Assembly: GCA_949299565.1 (NCBI GenBank)
Contig: OX437086.1
Span: 880,099-944,098 of the forward strand
Reading direction: 5' to 3'
DNA length: 64,000 nt
Source: an uncultured Bacillota bacterium
GTDB lineage: Bacteria; Bacillota_I; Bacilli_A; RFN20; CAG-826
Made by a program: the position numbers and the translations under genes. Under the pieces are notes generated by a model that had not been told where the DNA came from, did no database searches, and worked only from the letters and a program-made list of their open reading frames with translations. Position 1 is the first letter of the stretch. Each line of letters starts with the position of its first letter. Below are positions 38,078 through 48,274 of this stretch, one piece after another.

Positions 38078-39856
38078 CTACTTAATATTCAAAATATTCG
38101 CCAAACGAGCAACCAGTTCATCCATTCTCTCAATCACTGCATCGAAAGAATGAGGGTCGGTGAAATCAACGCCAGCGGCTTTAACTTCATTTAACGGGAA
38201 GTCACTGCCGCCGCTCTTGAGTAAACTGATATATTTCTCAAAAGCCCCTTCTTCATGCTCGCGGACTCTCTTATAAAGCAGTTGACTCGCTGTAAATGAG
38301 GTCGCGTATTGATAAACATAGAAAGGCGTATAGAAAAGGTGAGGAATATAAGCCCAAACCAACGGCTTATAAACTTCTTCCTGAATATCAATTCCATAAT
38401 AATCGTCATAAAGTTTTCTCATTGTTTCTGAGGCAACTTCATAACTTATCGGTTCTCCGCGTTCAACCTTCTCACTCATTAATAATTCATATTCAGCAAA
38501 AAGCGTTTGGCGGAAGAAAGTTGAAGCAATTTCATCGATCTCTTTCTGCAAAAGAAGGATCTCTTCGTTTTTTGAAAGAGAGGAAGAATTGAGCAAATAA
38601 TCTAAAAGATTGTGTTCATTGAAAGTTGAAGCGATCTCCGCCACGAATATCGTGTAGTTCTGCTTCATGAGCGGCTGATTCTCCATCGTATAAAGCGTAT
38701 GGATTGAATGGCCGGCTTCATGTGCTAATGTGAAAACGTCATCGAGATTTCCAACGAAGTTCAAAAGAATATATGGATGAACGTTTTCGCCTCCGGAAGA
38801 ATAGGCTCCGCTCCTCTTGCCTTCTTGCGGGTAAACATCGACATAACCTTCTTTCGTGACTTCATGGGCTTTCTTTTGGAAATCCTCCGGCAAATGCTTA
38901 ATCGAGGCGAAGAAAAGTTCTTTCGCTTCTTCATAACTATATTTTTTATCGCTTGTAGCAAGCGGCAAAAAACGATCATAGCTACGATGTTTCTCTAACC
39001 CTAAAGCCTTTCTCCGAATCTCGTAATATTTTTTAAGGAATTTGCTTCCGCGATGAGCGGCGTCAATCAAATTATGATAAACAGAAGACGGGATGTTGTT
39101 GCCATAAAGATGCGTATCGAGAATTGAAGCATAACCGCGGCTCTTTTTTAAGGCTAGTTGTGACTGCAAACCAAGATTATAAATCTCAGCAAAAGTCACC
39201 TTATGCGCATCGAAATATTTATATAGACCTTCAAAAATGGCTTTGCGGTCATCCGGATCCTTGCTATCGGCAATTAATTTGCTCCAATTAGCGACATTGA
39301 CGTTGATTGTTTCTCCGTTTTTAAGCGTAACTTCGCTTCCTCTATAATCCCCGACCGCTAAAGTGCTATATAAATTAGCGGCTTCACCGCTTAAAGCCTG
39401 ATAGTTGGAAAGAAGCGCTTCTTTTTCTGGCGATAAAATATGGTCGCGGTCACGGAACAATTTAATGAAATAATAATCGAAATCCTTAAATTCCGGATTC
39501 TCATTTAAAAAACGCGAAATATGCTCCTCCCCGAGCGATAAAAGCTCTGGTTCTTCCCATGAAAGCTTTTCGTTTAATTCATGGAAGAATAACTCAACTT
39601 TGCTTTCGTCTTCAGCGTTTTTCACGTCCTTTCGATTTAAATCCGCTCGCTGAGAGGCAAACATCGAAAGTTTTGAAAGACGCGCATTTAATTCCCGACT
39701 CAATTCTAAATATCTCTTGAGCTTTTCATCTTCCTTTAATTGTCCTTGAAGCGGCAAAAACTCTGGCAGCAATTCATTTTTAAGTTTATCTAATTCCTGA
39801 AGAAACGCTTCTTCATCAACATATAGTTTCGTTAAATCCCAAGAATAATTGCTCAT
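38078..39856 (-). CDS. pepF: Oligoendopeptidase F (M3 family)
   Basis: 592 aa with zinc-binding TLAHEAGHSIH (HExxH); 14 nt upstream of cysK on the same strand. Confidence 0.9.
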   Translation of the reverse strand: MSNYSWDLTKLYVDEEAFLQELDKLKNELLPEFLPLQGQLKEDEKLKRYLELSRELNARLSKLSMFASQRADLNRKDVKNAEDESKVELFFHELNEKLSWEEPELLSLGEEHISRFLNENPEFKDFDYYFIKLFRDRDHILSPEKEALLSNYQALSGEAANLYSTLAVGDYRGSEVTLKNGETINVNVANWSKLIADSKDPDDRKAIFEGLYKYFDAHKVTFAEIYNLGLQSQLALKKSRGYASILDTHLYGNNIPSSVYHNLIDAAHRGSKFLKKYYEIRRKALGLEKHRSYDRFLPLATSDKKYSYEEAKELFFASIKHLPEDFQKKAHEVTKEGYVDVYPQEGKRSGAYSSGGENVHPYILLNFVGNLDDVFTLAHEAGHSIHTLYTMENQPLMKQNYTIFVAEIASTFNEHNLLDYLLNSSSLSKNEEILLLQKEIDEIASTFFRQTLFAEYELLMSEKVERGEPISYEVASETMRKLYDDYYGIDIQEEVYKPLVWAYIPHLFYTPFYVYQYATSFTASQLLYKRVREHEEGAFEKYISLLKSGGSDFPLNEVKAAGVDFTDPHSFDAVIERMDELVARLANILNIK

Positions 39857-40084
39857 AAAAGACTCCTTCTATCTTCATTAGTATAGCGAAACATTAAAAA
39901 GTTTGTAGTAACTTACTCAGGAGGCGTTATACTCCTGCATAAAATTCAAAACACGAAAGAAAAGTTAGTTAATAACTATTCTTTCCGTCTCCTCGCCTTG
40001 ACTTAACCTCAAAAATTGGCTAGAGTGGCTAGGCTTGTTTGGCTTTGGAAGATCTCGCGCTTCGCTAACAAGGAGGAAACTCTG

Positions 40085-41446
40085 ATGGAACGGAACGTCT
40101 TTTTTGAAAGTGCGAACATTCGCCGTCTTTTCTTTAAAATCGCCATCACCGGTTCAATCGGGATGTTGGCGTCAGCTATTTATCAAGTGATTGACGGAAT
40201 GTTCGTCAATCTTTTTCTCGGATCGACAGCTTTTTCAGCGGTCAACTTCGTTTTTCCTTTGGTTGTCGTCAGCTACGCAATCGCTGATTTAATCGGCGTC
40301 GGTTCCTCTGTTATCATCGCCATCCGTCTCGGCGAAAAAAGGCAAAAAGAAGCCAATAGCATTTTCTCCACCGCTCTCATCTTTATTTTGGGAGTTGATA
40401 TTGTCTTAGCCCTTGTTTTTCTTTTCGCCTCTGAGCCGCTTCTTGTGATGATGGGGGCTGAAGGCGAACTGTTAGAAATGTCAAAACAATACCTCCAAGT
40501 CTACCTTATATCATTGCCGCTTACGGGCTTTACTTTTGCTCTCGATAACTATTTAAGAATTGCTGGCTTGATCAAAACAAGCATGACGATCAACCTTTTG
40601 ATGTCAATCGGCGTCATCTCGGTTGAATATCTTTTCTTAGGCGTTTTGAAAATGCCAGTTTATGGGGCCGCTTTAGCGGCGTGTCTCTGCTTTTCCGTCG
40701 CTGCCATCGTCTCCTTTATTCCTTTTTTCTTTAAGAAAACAAACCTTCATTTTGGGCGACCGAGTTTTCATCTTTCTTACCAATTAGCGGTTCTTAGAAA
40801 CGGCCTCCCAACTTTTCTCAGCAATATTGCCGGGAGGGTGACGGCCATCATCTTCAACATTATTTTGTTAGAACAAGGAGGAGAAGACGCTGTAAGTGCC
40901 TATGGCGTTCTTATGTACATCGATGGCTTCATCCAGCCAATTCTCTATGGGATGTGTGACTCTTTACAGCCGTGCATCGGTTATAACTATGGCGCGAAAA
41001 AATATGATCGCGTGAAGAAAATCGAGAAACTGTGCTTCATGTCGAGCGCCCTCATTTGTTTGCTGGCATTCATCATCCTTATTTCAATGCCGCAATACAT
41101 CTCTTCTATCTTTACAAGTAATGGCAGCGGATCTTTAAAAGAGATGGCGACTTATGCAACCTTTATCTTCAGTTTCATGTATCTCAGCCGTTGGATTTCC
41201 TATAACAGTCAATCCTTCTTTTCAGCGATTGAAAAACCTCTTCCTTCGATTCTGATTTCGCTTTCCGTCTCCTTGATTTTTCCGTTATTATTGGTTCCAA
41301 TTCTCTTATCAATCAAATTGACGGGTATGTGGCTTAATCCTGTTTTATCCGCGTTGTGCGCCGCATTAGTAGCGAGCTTTTTCCTCTATTTCTACATCAA
41401 AAAACGCGGAGTTTTAAAAGGCGAGAACTTGATTGAAGAAAACTAA
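40085..41446 (+). CDS. MATE-family efflux transporter
   Basis: Start at MERNVFF preceded by RBS AAGGAGG (track ORF starts at 40016); about 12 TM helices in two repeated halves. Confidence 0.85.
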   Translation: MERNVFFESANIRRLFFKIAITGSIGMLASAIYQVIDGMFVNLFLGSTAFSAVNFVFPLVVVSYAIADLIGVGSSVIIAIRLGEKRQKEANSIFSTALIFILGVDIVLALVFLFASEPLLVMMGAEGELLEMSKQYLQVYLISLPLTGFTFALDNYLRIAGLIKTSMTINLLMSIGVISVEYLFLGVLKMPVYGAALAACLCFSVAAIVSFIPFFFKKTNLHFGRPSFHLSYQLAVLRNGLPTFLSNIAGRVTAIIFNIILLEQGGEDAVSAYGVLMYIDGFIQPILYGMCDSLQPCIGYNYGAKKYDRVKKIEKLCFMSSALICLLAFIILISMPQYISSIFTSNGSGSLKEMATYATFIFSFMYLSRWISYNSQSFFSAIEKPLPSILISLSVSLIFPLLLVPILLSIKLTGMWLNPVLSALCAALVASFFLYFYIKKRGVLKGENLIEEN

Positions 41447-42030
41447 TATTTCTTAAACTGCTCGTCAATAAAGTGTTTATCATATTTATCCCAATATTTC
41501 TTATAGACGAAGTTATCGTCACAGCTTATGTTTAACTGATGCATTTTAAAAGTAACGAGAATATGTTTAGGTTTCCACATTTCATCATAAGAATATTGAT
41601 ATTTAAAACCTATTCTCTGCATGGTAGACCCGCTTCTTTGATTTCTCACATCATGAGTCGCGGTCAAATATGGAAGATGTTCCATTTTTGCTAATTCAAG
41701 CATCATCGCCCCGGCTTCGCTTGTAATCCCTTGATGCCAATATTTCTTCTCTAAGGCATAACCTAAATCATAACTATCGTCATCTTCAATCTTAATGTAG
41801 CCGACTGGACGATTATCTTCTTTTAAACAAATTGCAAAACAATACTTTTTGTTCTTTAAGCGTTGCTCATAAAAATGACTCGCTTCTTGCTTATTTTTTA
41901 AAGGGAACCACGGCAAAAATTCATTCACTTCTAAATCGGAAAATATCGTATAGATTGCTTCGAGATCTTCTTTCTCAAACCTTCGAAGAATTAGGCGTTT
42001 TGTCTCTAATTTATTTGGAAATGTCATCAA
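41443..42030 (-). CDS. GNAT-family N-acetyltransferase
   Basis: 195 aa; GNAT core motif region GYALEKKYWHQGITSEAGAMMLELA. Confidence 0.8.
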   Translation of the reverse strand: MMTFPNKLETKRLILRRFEKEDLEAIYTIFSDLEVNEFLPWFPLKNKQEASHFYEQRLKNKKYCFAICLKEDNRPVGYIKIEDDDSYDLGYALEKKYWHQGITSEAGAMMLELAKMEHLPYLTATHDVRNQRSGSTMQRIGFKYQYSYDEMWKPKHILVTFKMHQLNISCDDNFVYKKYWDKYDKHFIDEQFKKY

Positions 42031-42039
42031 TTAAGATTA

Positions 42040-42471
42040 TTAAAGTTCTCTCTTTTTATAAAGAATGATTTCCGGTTTATCGCCATTACAGCCGTATTCG
42101 CATATCAATATGTGATTGACGCTACAGGCGACGCCATAACATCTTTCGTTATTCTTTCTTTCAACTTGATTCCCTAAATAAACGTCGTTGTCGTTTAACA
42201 ATTTAATTTTCTTCCCGTTTTCTAGTTGATATTCAAGGTTTATATATGAACCCGAAAGAAGATTTAGATCATTTAGAAACAATCCATCTATGTTCAAGTC
42301 ATTAATTTCTCTGATCAATTGTTCTTTCAGTTGAAGAAAGCCTTCTGTCCCTTTTTCTTTAATTGTGTCCGCAGCTATGCATTTACCTCTATTGCATCTT
42401 TTTAAGCAACCGCCGCATTGATCAAATTTTTCACATTCTTGGCAGTCGAATTGTTTACACAGCGATTCCAT
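42040..42471 (-). CDS. Cys-rich small protein (possibly DUF3795-like)
   Basis: N-terminal cluster CKQFDCQECEKFDQCGGCLKRC plus C-terminal Cys residues; AT-rich accessory block. Confidence 0.45.
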   Translation of the reverse strand: MESLCKQFDCQECEKFDQCGGCLKRCNRGKCIAADTIKEKGTEGFLQLKEQLIREINDLNIDGLFLNDLNLLSGSYINLEYQLENGKKIKLLNDNDVYLGNQVERKNNERCYGVACSVNHILICEYGCNGDKPEIILYKKREL

Positions 42472-42479
42472 CTTTTTCC

Positions 42480-43097
42480 TTAAATTTCTTTCCAGTCGAT
42501 GCCTGACATATATTGACTATTAACTGGTTTATAAAATGAACCCTCAATTATTTTGAAATGGCATTCTTGAAAAACGAATTTGGTGAAAAATGTATAGATG
42601 CAATTTTCGCGATGCTTACGTGTTCCTACCGTCATTAAAGAATAGAAAAGGACGCCCGCTTCGACTTTGCAATCATCTAAATAATATCGATCTTCCTTTG
42701 TTGAAAAATCTAGCGCCTGTCTTGGATATCCTTTAATTAGTTCAATTTCTTGTCCACGGAGATATGGCGAATTATATTCAAGGAAATGCGCGCTTTTGAT
42801 CCTATTTTGTGCTTCTAATTTCTTCTTATATTCTTCCTCGGCTTTCCTTAATTCCTCCGCAATTCGCGCGTCTTTTTCTTCGATTACCTTTGGATCAATG
42901 ACTACAATCTCATCATTTAAAAAACTAATGGTAGGTAAATCTACTTCATCGTTTTCATAAGCATAATACCTGAACGCGTGAACGATATTTTGATTATAAT
43001 CAACGCTTTTTATCTTCAAAATTCTCAGTTCAGGATCGTCTTCATCGTCATTCTTTAAACTGAAGAATTTAATTCCTTCAAGATCTTTAAGCACCAT
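42480..43097 (-). CDS. Hypothetical protein
   Basis: 205 aa ORF, AT-rich; no family recognised. Confidence 0.45.
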   Translation of the reverse strand: MVLKDLEGIKFFSLKNDDEDDPELRILKIKSVDYNQNIVHAFRYYAYENDEVDLPTISFLNDEIVVIDPKVIEEKDARIAEELRKAEEEYKKKLEAQNRIKSAHFLEYNSPYLRGQEIELIKGYPRQALDFSTKEDRYYLDDCKVEAGVLFYSLMTVGTRKHRENCIYTFFTKFVFQECHFKIIEGSFYKPVNSQYMSGIDWKEI

Positions 43098-43205
43098 AGA
43101 ATGTCAAAATTATATCATCAACTTCCATGATTCGCCTAAATCAAGAAAATAGATGTCATGGAAAAAGATGATTCTAATCATCATAAATAATCCTCCTTGA
43201 TTAAA

Positions 43206-43664
43206 TTATCTTCTTATTAGTTTTATAGCGATGCCTACAATATTTTCACCAAGAAAATACACGTAAGCGTTATCTAAAAATCTCAAGCATTTGTTACCGT
43301 CAAGTTCGCCGATTCCTAGAATTTCTTTTTCCTGATCATAAAATATTCTCTGATTCTTTAAAGGCATAAAGCAGCCTTCATCATTTAGTTCGTTACCTAC
43401 TTCAGTTAATTTTAATTCCCCTTCATAAATAGACGGGGGATTGAAACGAAAACTGGGAGTTCGTTTTTCTGATTCATGCGGAAAATAGCCTTCTATCGAT
43501 ACGACTGTTTTTGTCCTTTTATCTACGTTCAACAAAAAAGTTGAACTGTCATTGAGAGAAATTTGAAAGTTTTCTAGAGAGTTCAAAGGACCAAAGGACC
43601 CATCTTCAAACCAATAGACAGGACAACAATCTTGATGGTCTTGAATTTTATAACTTAATTTCAT
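43206..43664 (-). CDS. Hypothetical protein
   Basis: 152 aa ORF, AT-rich; no family recognised. Confidence 0.45.
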   Translation of the reverse strand: MKLSYKIQDHQDCCPVYWFEDGSFGPLNSLENFQISLNDSSTFLLNVDKRTKTVVSIEGYFPHESEKRTPSFRFNPPSIYEGELKLTEVGNELNDEGCFMPLKNQRIFYDQEKEILGIGELDGNKCLRFLDNAYVYFLGENIVGIAIKLIRR

Positions 43665-44101
43665 TTTAGGCCCTTAATTCTCTTTTTACTTCTTCATTAT
43701 TCGGGAAAAAGTAAACAAAGCTTTCAATTACTACCAGCGTATTTTCAATCACATAGTGTTTCCTAATGCATTTCTTATTTAAGATTGAAGATGCGTTTTT
43801 CACTAAGTTTTTGATTAAAACATTTCCATCATTAAATTCATACTCATAAGTGACAACGCTTTTTCCTTTGCCTTTTGCCGATTTCTTGAATATAATTCGC
43901 CATAACTCCTTTATTCTTTAAGAATAATTTAGCCATTATTCTTCTAATTTTATTGACGCTTATACTGAACGTTTGCTTCATTTGTCATCTCTTTCTAATT
44001 TAGACAGGAATAGACTTTAGGAGTCTTTATATTTATTTTAAGATTGGTTGAATCATGAATGCTTATTTATAAACCAGCTGAACTTTTTGAAAACCATATC
44101 C

Positions 44102-44618
44102 TCAGTTTTTAAGAATTTCTTCGATAAATTTATGTTTAGAAGACGTATAGGACTTCCTATCATTTCTATACTTTTCAGCAAGATAAATTTTTAAATTTTC
44201 ATACCTTCTTGCAGTTTCTTCATTTGATCTAAGATAATCACGAAATAATAGATAATCACCCCACTCTTTCGAATTAAAAACCACAACATGAACATAACTT
44301 TTTGCTATATCTAGGTTTATTTTATCTCTAACCGTGTAGAGCAATTGTTCCCTTTGGTAACTACCACGAAAAACAAAACCCATTTCATTGAGTGTATCGT
44401 TATATGGAAGTATTGAATTAAGAGTTTTGACGCCTAAAGCAATATCAATAATAGGTTTAGCTTTTATACTAGGAATTGCTATACTCCCTACGTGTTCGAT
44501 TCCTAAGGCATCATCACCTAAAATTCCCTTAAGACAGAAATGAGCTTTTTGGCATACTCTTCCCATTCAACTTGATGATTTTTTAAAAAACTTCTCCGTG
44601 TTTCAAACCGATGCTCAT
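44102..44618 (-). pseudogene. GrpB-family gene with apparent frameshifts in its 5' region
   Basis: Track ORF 44102..44566 carries the GrpB core (GIEHVGSIAIPSIKAKPIIDI); the expected N-terminal segment (EWEEYAKKLISVLRE) is in another frame just upstream, and a plausible start with RBS AAGAGG (ATG at 44616-44618, MSIGLKHGEVF) is in a third frame; frame breaks fall in A/T homopolymer runs. Confidence 0.45.
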
Positions 44619-44865
44619 TACCTCTTGCCTCTTTAACATTTTATTTTATAAAACTCTAAAAATCACGGCAAAATGCACCTTTTTGTAGAGAAGTGATTTA
44701 ATTTAATTTTAGAGATTTCAAAATATTCAAAATATTTGACCTGCATTTTTTGTGCATATTCATTGTTTGGTGTCCTAAAGATAAAAAATTGCATTTCCGA
44801 GTCTTTTGCCATCCTTCAATATAAAAAACCTATAATGTCGAAACATTATAGGTGTTCTTCTAATT

Positions 44866-44942
44866 GGTGACCCGTACGGGATTCGAACCCATGAATGCAT
44901 GCGTGAAAGGCATGTGAGTTAAGCCACTTCTCCAACGGGCCG
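44866..44942 (-). tRNA. tRNA-Glu (anticodon TTC)
   Basis: 77-nt sequence: acceptor GGCCCGT/ACGGGTC, anticodon stem CATGC/GCATG with loop CTTTCAC, T-loop GGTTCGAATCC, encoded CCA. Confidence 0.8.
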
Positions 44943-44943
44943 T

Positions 44944-45017
44944 GGCGCTTGCTATAGGACTCGAACCTACAACCGATCGGTTAACAGCCGATTGCTCTGC
45001 CATTGAGCTAAGCAAGC
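44944..45017 (-). tRNA. tRNA-Asn (anticodon GTT)
   Basis: 74-nt sequence: acceptor GCTTGCT/AGCAAGC, D-stem GCTC/GAGC, anticodon stem ATCGG/CCGAT with loop CTGTTAA, T-loop GGTTCGAGTCC, encoded CCA; 1 nt from tRNA-Glu. Confidence 0.85.
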
Positions 45018-45089
45018 ATTGCACCTCAAGGTGCACGGAAGATTTTAGGCGAAGTTATGATTAGTTGCAAGATTAAGCGATGTTTTTGC

Positions 45090-45326
45090 TTATTTTTCTT
45101 CAAGTTTTCCTTGAATTGACTTCAATAAGTCTCCGAAAGTTTTAAAAGATGAAAGCTCTTCAGTGGTAAATTGAACTTTGTATCTTTCTTCTAAATCCAA
45201 ACACATTTCCACAACATCTAAACTATCAAGGCCTAAGTCCTTAAGCATTGTTGAATTGTTAATGTCTTCGCGTTTTGTACGCTCAATAAAGAGCGTTCTA
45301 ATTTCTTCAATCGTTTTGTTTTCCAT
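45090..45326 (-). CDS. Acyl carrier protein
   Basis: About 78 aa from MENKTIEEI; phosphopantetheine attachment motif DLGLDSLDVVEM. Confidence 0.8.
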   Translation of the reverse strand: MENKTIEEIRTLFIERTKREDINNSTMLKDLGLDSLDVVEMCLDLEERYKVQFTTEELSSFKTFGDLLKSIQGKLEEK

Positions 45327-45413
45327 AGTTTTTATTACCTCGTGCATATTATATGAAGAAATAAGAAAAAGGACTAGAATCTCTAATAAACGAGAAACTC
45401 TAGTCCTTTCTCC

Positions 45414-45614
45414 TCAATGCAAGATGGGAGCGTCCCAACTATAATTCATTGAAGTAACGTTTTGTTCGCTGACGCTAACCGTTGGCGGATTAACGATTTC
45501 AGAAGCAACGTTCTGCGCGGCTGATTGAAAAGCGCCATAAATAATGCCCGCCACTGCTCCAAAAATCGCTAGAACAAGAATCATTCCCAAGAATTGTCCT
45601 TTAATTTCTGACAT
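45414..45614 (-). CDS. Small pilin-like protein (candidate divergent Flp-type pilin)
   Basis: 66 aa: short polar leader MSEIKG followed by a hydrophobic helix (QFLGMILVLAIFGAVAGIIYGAF); last gene of the secretion-ATPase operon; lacks a canonical G-x-x-x-x-E-Y processing motif. Confidence 0.4.
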   Translation of the reverse strand: MSEIKGQFLGMILVLAIFGAVAGIIYGAFQSAAQNVASEIVNPPTVSVSEQNVTSMNYSWDAPILH

Positions 45615-45636
45615 TCATTCACCTCCTTTCTTCAAT

Positions 45637-45975
45637 CTAAACAACATATCCGATGATGGTCGCACGTTTGATGGTGATCGTTAATGATTTTCCAAGGGCT
45701 ATCGGTTCATAAATACGGAGAAGCGCGAATTCATAGACTTCGCCGACCATCACATCGTTATCGCTAAGGGCAACTAAGCGGGCTTTTGCCGTCTCCGCTG
45801 CATATCGTTTAATTTCGTTTGTAATTCCGCCACTGATCGATATGCGTTTTCCGATAGTCACAGCTAAAGAATCTAACGATGCATGAAGCGACTGGATGGC
45901 TAAAAAGTCACCACCGAAAGCAAAGATTTGAATAACGAAGAATAAAGATAAAAGGAATCCTAATTTAGAAGCCAT
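45637..45975 (-). CDS. Small secreted/membrane protein of the pilus-like operon (TadE-like position)
   Basis: 112 aa with N-terminal hydrophobic segment; overlaps the adjacent gene; no confident family. Confidence 0.45.
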   Translation of the reverse strand: MASKLGFLLSLFFVIQIFAFGGDFLAIQSLHASLDSLAVTIGKRISISGGITNEIKRYAAETAKARLVALSDNDVMVGEVYEFALLRIYEPIALGKSLTITIKRATIIGYVV

Positions 45976-46630
45976 TGAGGAACCCTCCTAATATTTCCAC
46001 AATCCCGATAACGACCATAATTAGGGCTAAACCGCTTGCCAAAAGCGGCAAAAACGAGAAAGAAGAGAAAGATTCTTTTGTTTCTAGAAGTTTTTCCTCG
46101 CCCTTCATCTCTTCGAGCGCACTGAAAGAATTTAAGAAATGCGATAAAGCGTTCCCGCTCCCACCTTCTTCCTCTAAACGATAAATGCTCAGAAGCAGTT
46201 GTTTTACTTCCGGAGAAGCGAATCGGTTTCCTAATTCTAGATAAGGAGTCAAACTCTTATCCTCATTAAAAGAGGCGAGGAAAGGCGTTATTTCTTCTTT
46301 TATATTTTCATCAGCTAGATAGAATGCGCGCTTTAGCGATTCATAAACAGTTAATCCTGTTTGAACATAAATTGAAAAATAAGAGAAAAATTGAACAGCG
46401 GCGTAGATCTTCTTGTTTTTAACTTTTTCCTCTATTTGCCGACTTCGATTATAAAGGAAGAAGAAAGTCATCATCAAAATTAAAGTTATTGAGAAAGCAA
46501 GGAAGAGATTTCTTGTAAAAAGATAGAAAGCAAGCGCACAAATTAAGGTGAAAAAGAAGTAAAAGAAAAGAAGGAGACTCCCTTTTTTGTTCTTTCTATT
46601 CGTTTTTGGGCGCTTTAAGAAGTTTTTCAT
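45965..46630 (-). CDS. TadC-like (T2SS-F family) inner-membrane protein
   Basis: Start at MKNFLKRPK with RBS AAAGGAGAA; N-terminal TM helices, cytoplasmic helical domain, C-terminal TM helices; adjacent to the secretion ATPase. Confidence 0.55.
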   Translation of the reverse strand: MKNFLKRPKTNRKNKKGSLLLFFYFFFTLICALAFYLFTRNLFLAFSITLILMMTFFFLYNRSRQIEEKVKNKKIYAAVQFFSYFSIYVQTGLTVYESLKRAFYLADENIKEEITPFLASFNEDKSLTPYLELGNRFASPEVKQLLLSIYRLEEEGGSGNALSHFLNSFSALEEMKGEEKLLETKESFSSFSFLPLLASGLALIMVVIGIVEILGGFLNGF

Positions 46631-47330
46631 TCGTCGGTTCTCCTTTCTTCTCTCCAAGAGGATAAGCGTGTCGCATATAAAGATAGAAACTCAATAATGC
46701 GAAGAGGAAATAAAGGCTTCCGATGATCGTGTAAAGAAGAGAGTTACTGACTAAATCATCGAAATTACTGAGCCCAAATCGCACGAACAAAAGAATGACG
46801 ACGCTGAGACCCCATAAAGAAAGAAACTGATAATTGTTTTTCTTTCTTATTTCCTTTTCTTTTTTCCTCGTTGTTTCATGATGCGCGATTGTCTCTAATA
46901 ACGGCGAAGAAAGTTCTATAACATTCCCGCCTTGTTCTTTATAAAGAGTCAGAAGCGAAAGGAACATCTCATAATCATCACTTTGAAAATAAAGATTAAG
47001 GCGTCTCAAGCGTTCATCGATCTCGTCATTGGAAATGCTCTTTAAATAATCAAGAAACTCACCTTCAGCCCCTAATGAAGCGCTTTGATAAGCTTCTTCA
47101 ATCGAAGACGTTGCTGCTAAAGAACTGAAGAAGTTCTGGATAAAGTGCCCGGCTTCAAGCTCCTTCCTCTCGTTATTGAGGGCTCTTTTTAAGAAAGGCT
47201 TCATTATCAAAAATAAAACAAGCAGGAAAGCAATGACGATAATAATGCTCACCAATAAATCGCTGAGAATGAGGTAGGCTAAAAAGCCAATTAGAAGTGA
47301 TAGGACAACAATAATAAAGTTCTGTTTCAT
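46596..47330 (-). CDS. TadB-like (T2SS-F family) inner-membrane protein
   Basis: 244 aa with the same TM/helical/TM organisation; 4-nt overlap with the ATPase gene. Confidence 0.55.
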   Translation of the reverse strand: MKQNFIIVVLSLLIGFLAYLILSDLLVSIIIVIAFLLVLFLIMKPFLKRALNNERKELEAGHFIQNFFSSLAATSSIEEAYQSASLGAEGEFLDYLKSISNDEIDERLRRLNLYFQSDDYEMFLSLLTLYKEQGGNVIELSSPLLETIAHHETTRKKEKEIRKKNNYQFLSLWGLSVVILLFVRFGLSNFDDLVSNSLLYTIIGSLYFLFALLSFYLYMRHAYPLGEKKGEPTNEKLLKAPKNE

Positions 47331-48274
47331 TCATCTCTCCTTATAAGTGTTTCGTACTCTCCTTTTTCATTTAACCTTGCAATCGATTCCAAATAACGAT
47401 GTTCGCCATTTTGAGTACTTTCTCTTTTTAAATAGACGAAATAGGGAAAATGTGCCCGAATATCTTTCATAAGCGAATCTTCATCAACGTTTGGATGATA
47501 AAGTTTAGTTAAAAATAAAAGTCGCAAAGGAATTAACTCACTCTTTAAAGCATGGATGGATGTGATGAGCGGATGTCCGGAAGTCGCACTGACTAAAACT
47601 TCATAGGTTTCAGCTGCCCGGCACTCGCCAAAAACTAAATAATCGGGGTTCGCCCTCAAGGCGTTCGCAATCAAAACACTGACATCATTGAACGGCTTTC
47701 TTCCAGCGACCCAAATATTAAGGTCAAGTTCTTCATTTTCGATAAGAGATAATTCATCGCTGTGGTCGATGATTATCACACGCTTCAGATCTTTCATTTT
47801 TCCTAGAAGCCACTTCTCTAATTCTGTTTTGCCAGAGCCGGAAACGCCCCCGATAATAATCGACTGATTGTGCTCGATCAGTTCTAAAAGCAATTCCTTC
47901 GCGCCCGGGCAAAAGAAATCCTTATCCTTATCAAGGATTGAATCGCATGAAGCGATTCTTAAAGAAAATAAATAAGTTTTCTCTCCCTTGTTTCTCCCGA
48001 TTGAATGATGAAGCGCGTTAAGACGATATCGCCCGAAAGAAACGTCGATGACAGGAGATTGAAAAGAAAGAGAGACGCCTAAACTATTCGCAAGACGATA
48101 TAAAAATAATTCAACTTCTTTTCGTGAAACCTCAAGATCTAAAACTTGCCGTTGAACACCCTGTTTTAAAAGATAAAATCGTTTTCCATCATAAGAAATA
48201 TCCGTGACTCTTTCTTCTAAAAAAGGGGCAAGGAATGATTTCTCTAAAATATTAAGCGCTTCCAGAGTTTCCAT
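47327..48274 (-). CDS. Secretion ATPase of the CpaF/TadA/VirB11 family
   Basis: Walker A IIGGVSGSGKTE, Walker B region RVIIIDHSDE, and YLVFGECRAAETYEVLVSATSGHPLITSIHA resembling the His-box region of CpaF-type ATPases; RBS AAAGGAGAT. Confidence 0.8.
   Translation of the reverse strand: METLEALNILEKSFLAPFLEERVTDISYDGKRFYLLKQGVQRQVLDLEVSRKEVELFLYRLANSLGVSLSFQSPVIDVSFGRYRLNALHHSIGRNKGEKTYLFSLRIASCDSILDKDKDFFCPGAKELLLELIEHNQSIIIGGVSGSGKTELEKWLLGKMKDLKRVIIIDHSDELSLIENEELDLNIWVAGRKPFNDVSVLIANALRANPDYLVFGECRAAETYEVLVSATSGHPLITSIHALKSELIPLRLLFLTKLYHPNVDEDSLMKDIRAHFPYFVYLKRESTQNGEHRYLESIARLNEKGEYETLIRRDE

Noticed and set aside
39925-39950. Inverted repeat CAGGAG-N8-CTCCTG in the pepF/MATE intergenic region
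   Set aside because: Sits between divergent gene starts, not after a gene, and lacks a U-run; may be a regulatory hairpin but I could not tie it to a known element.
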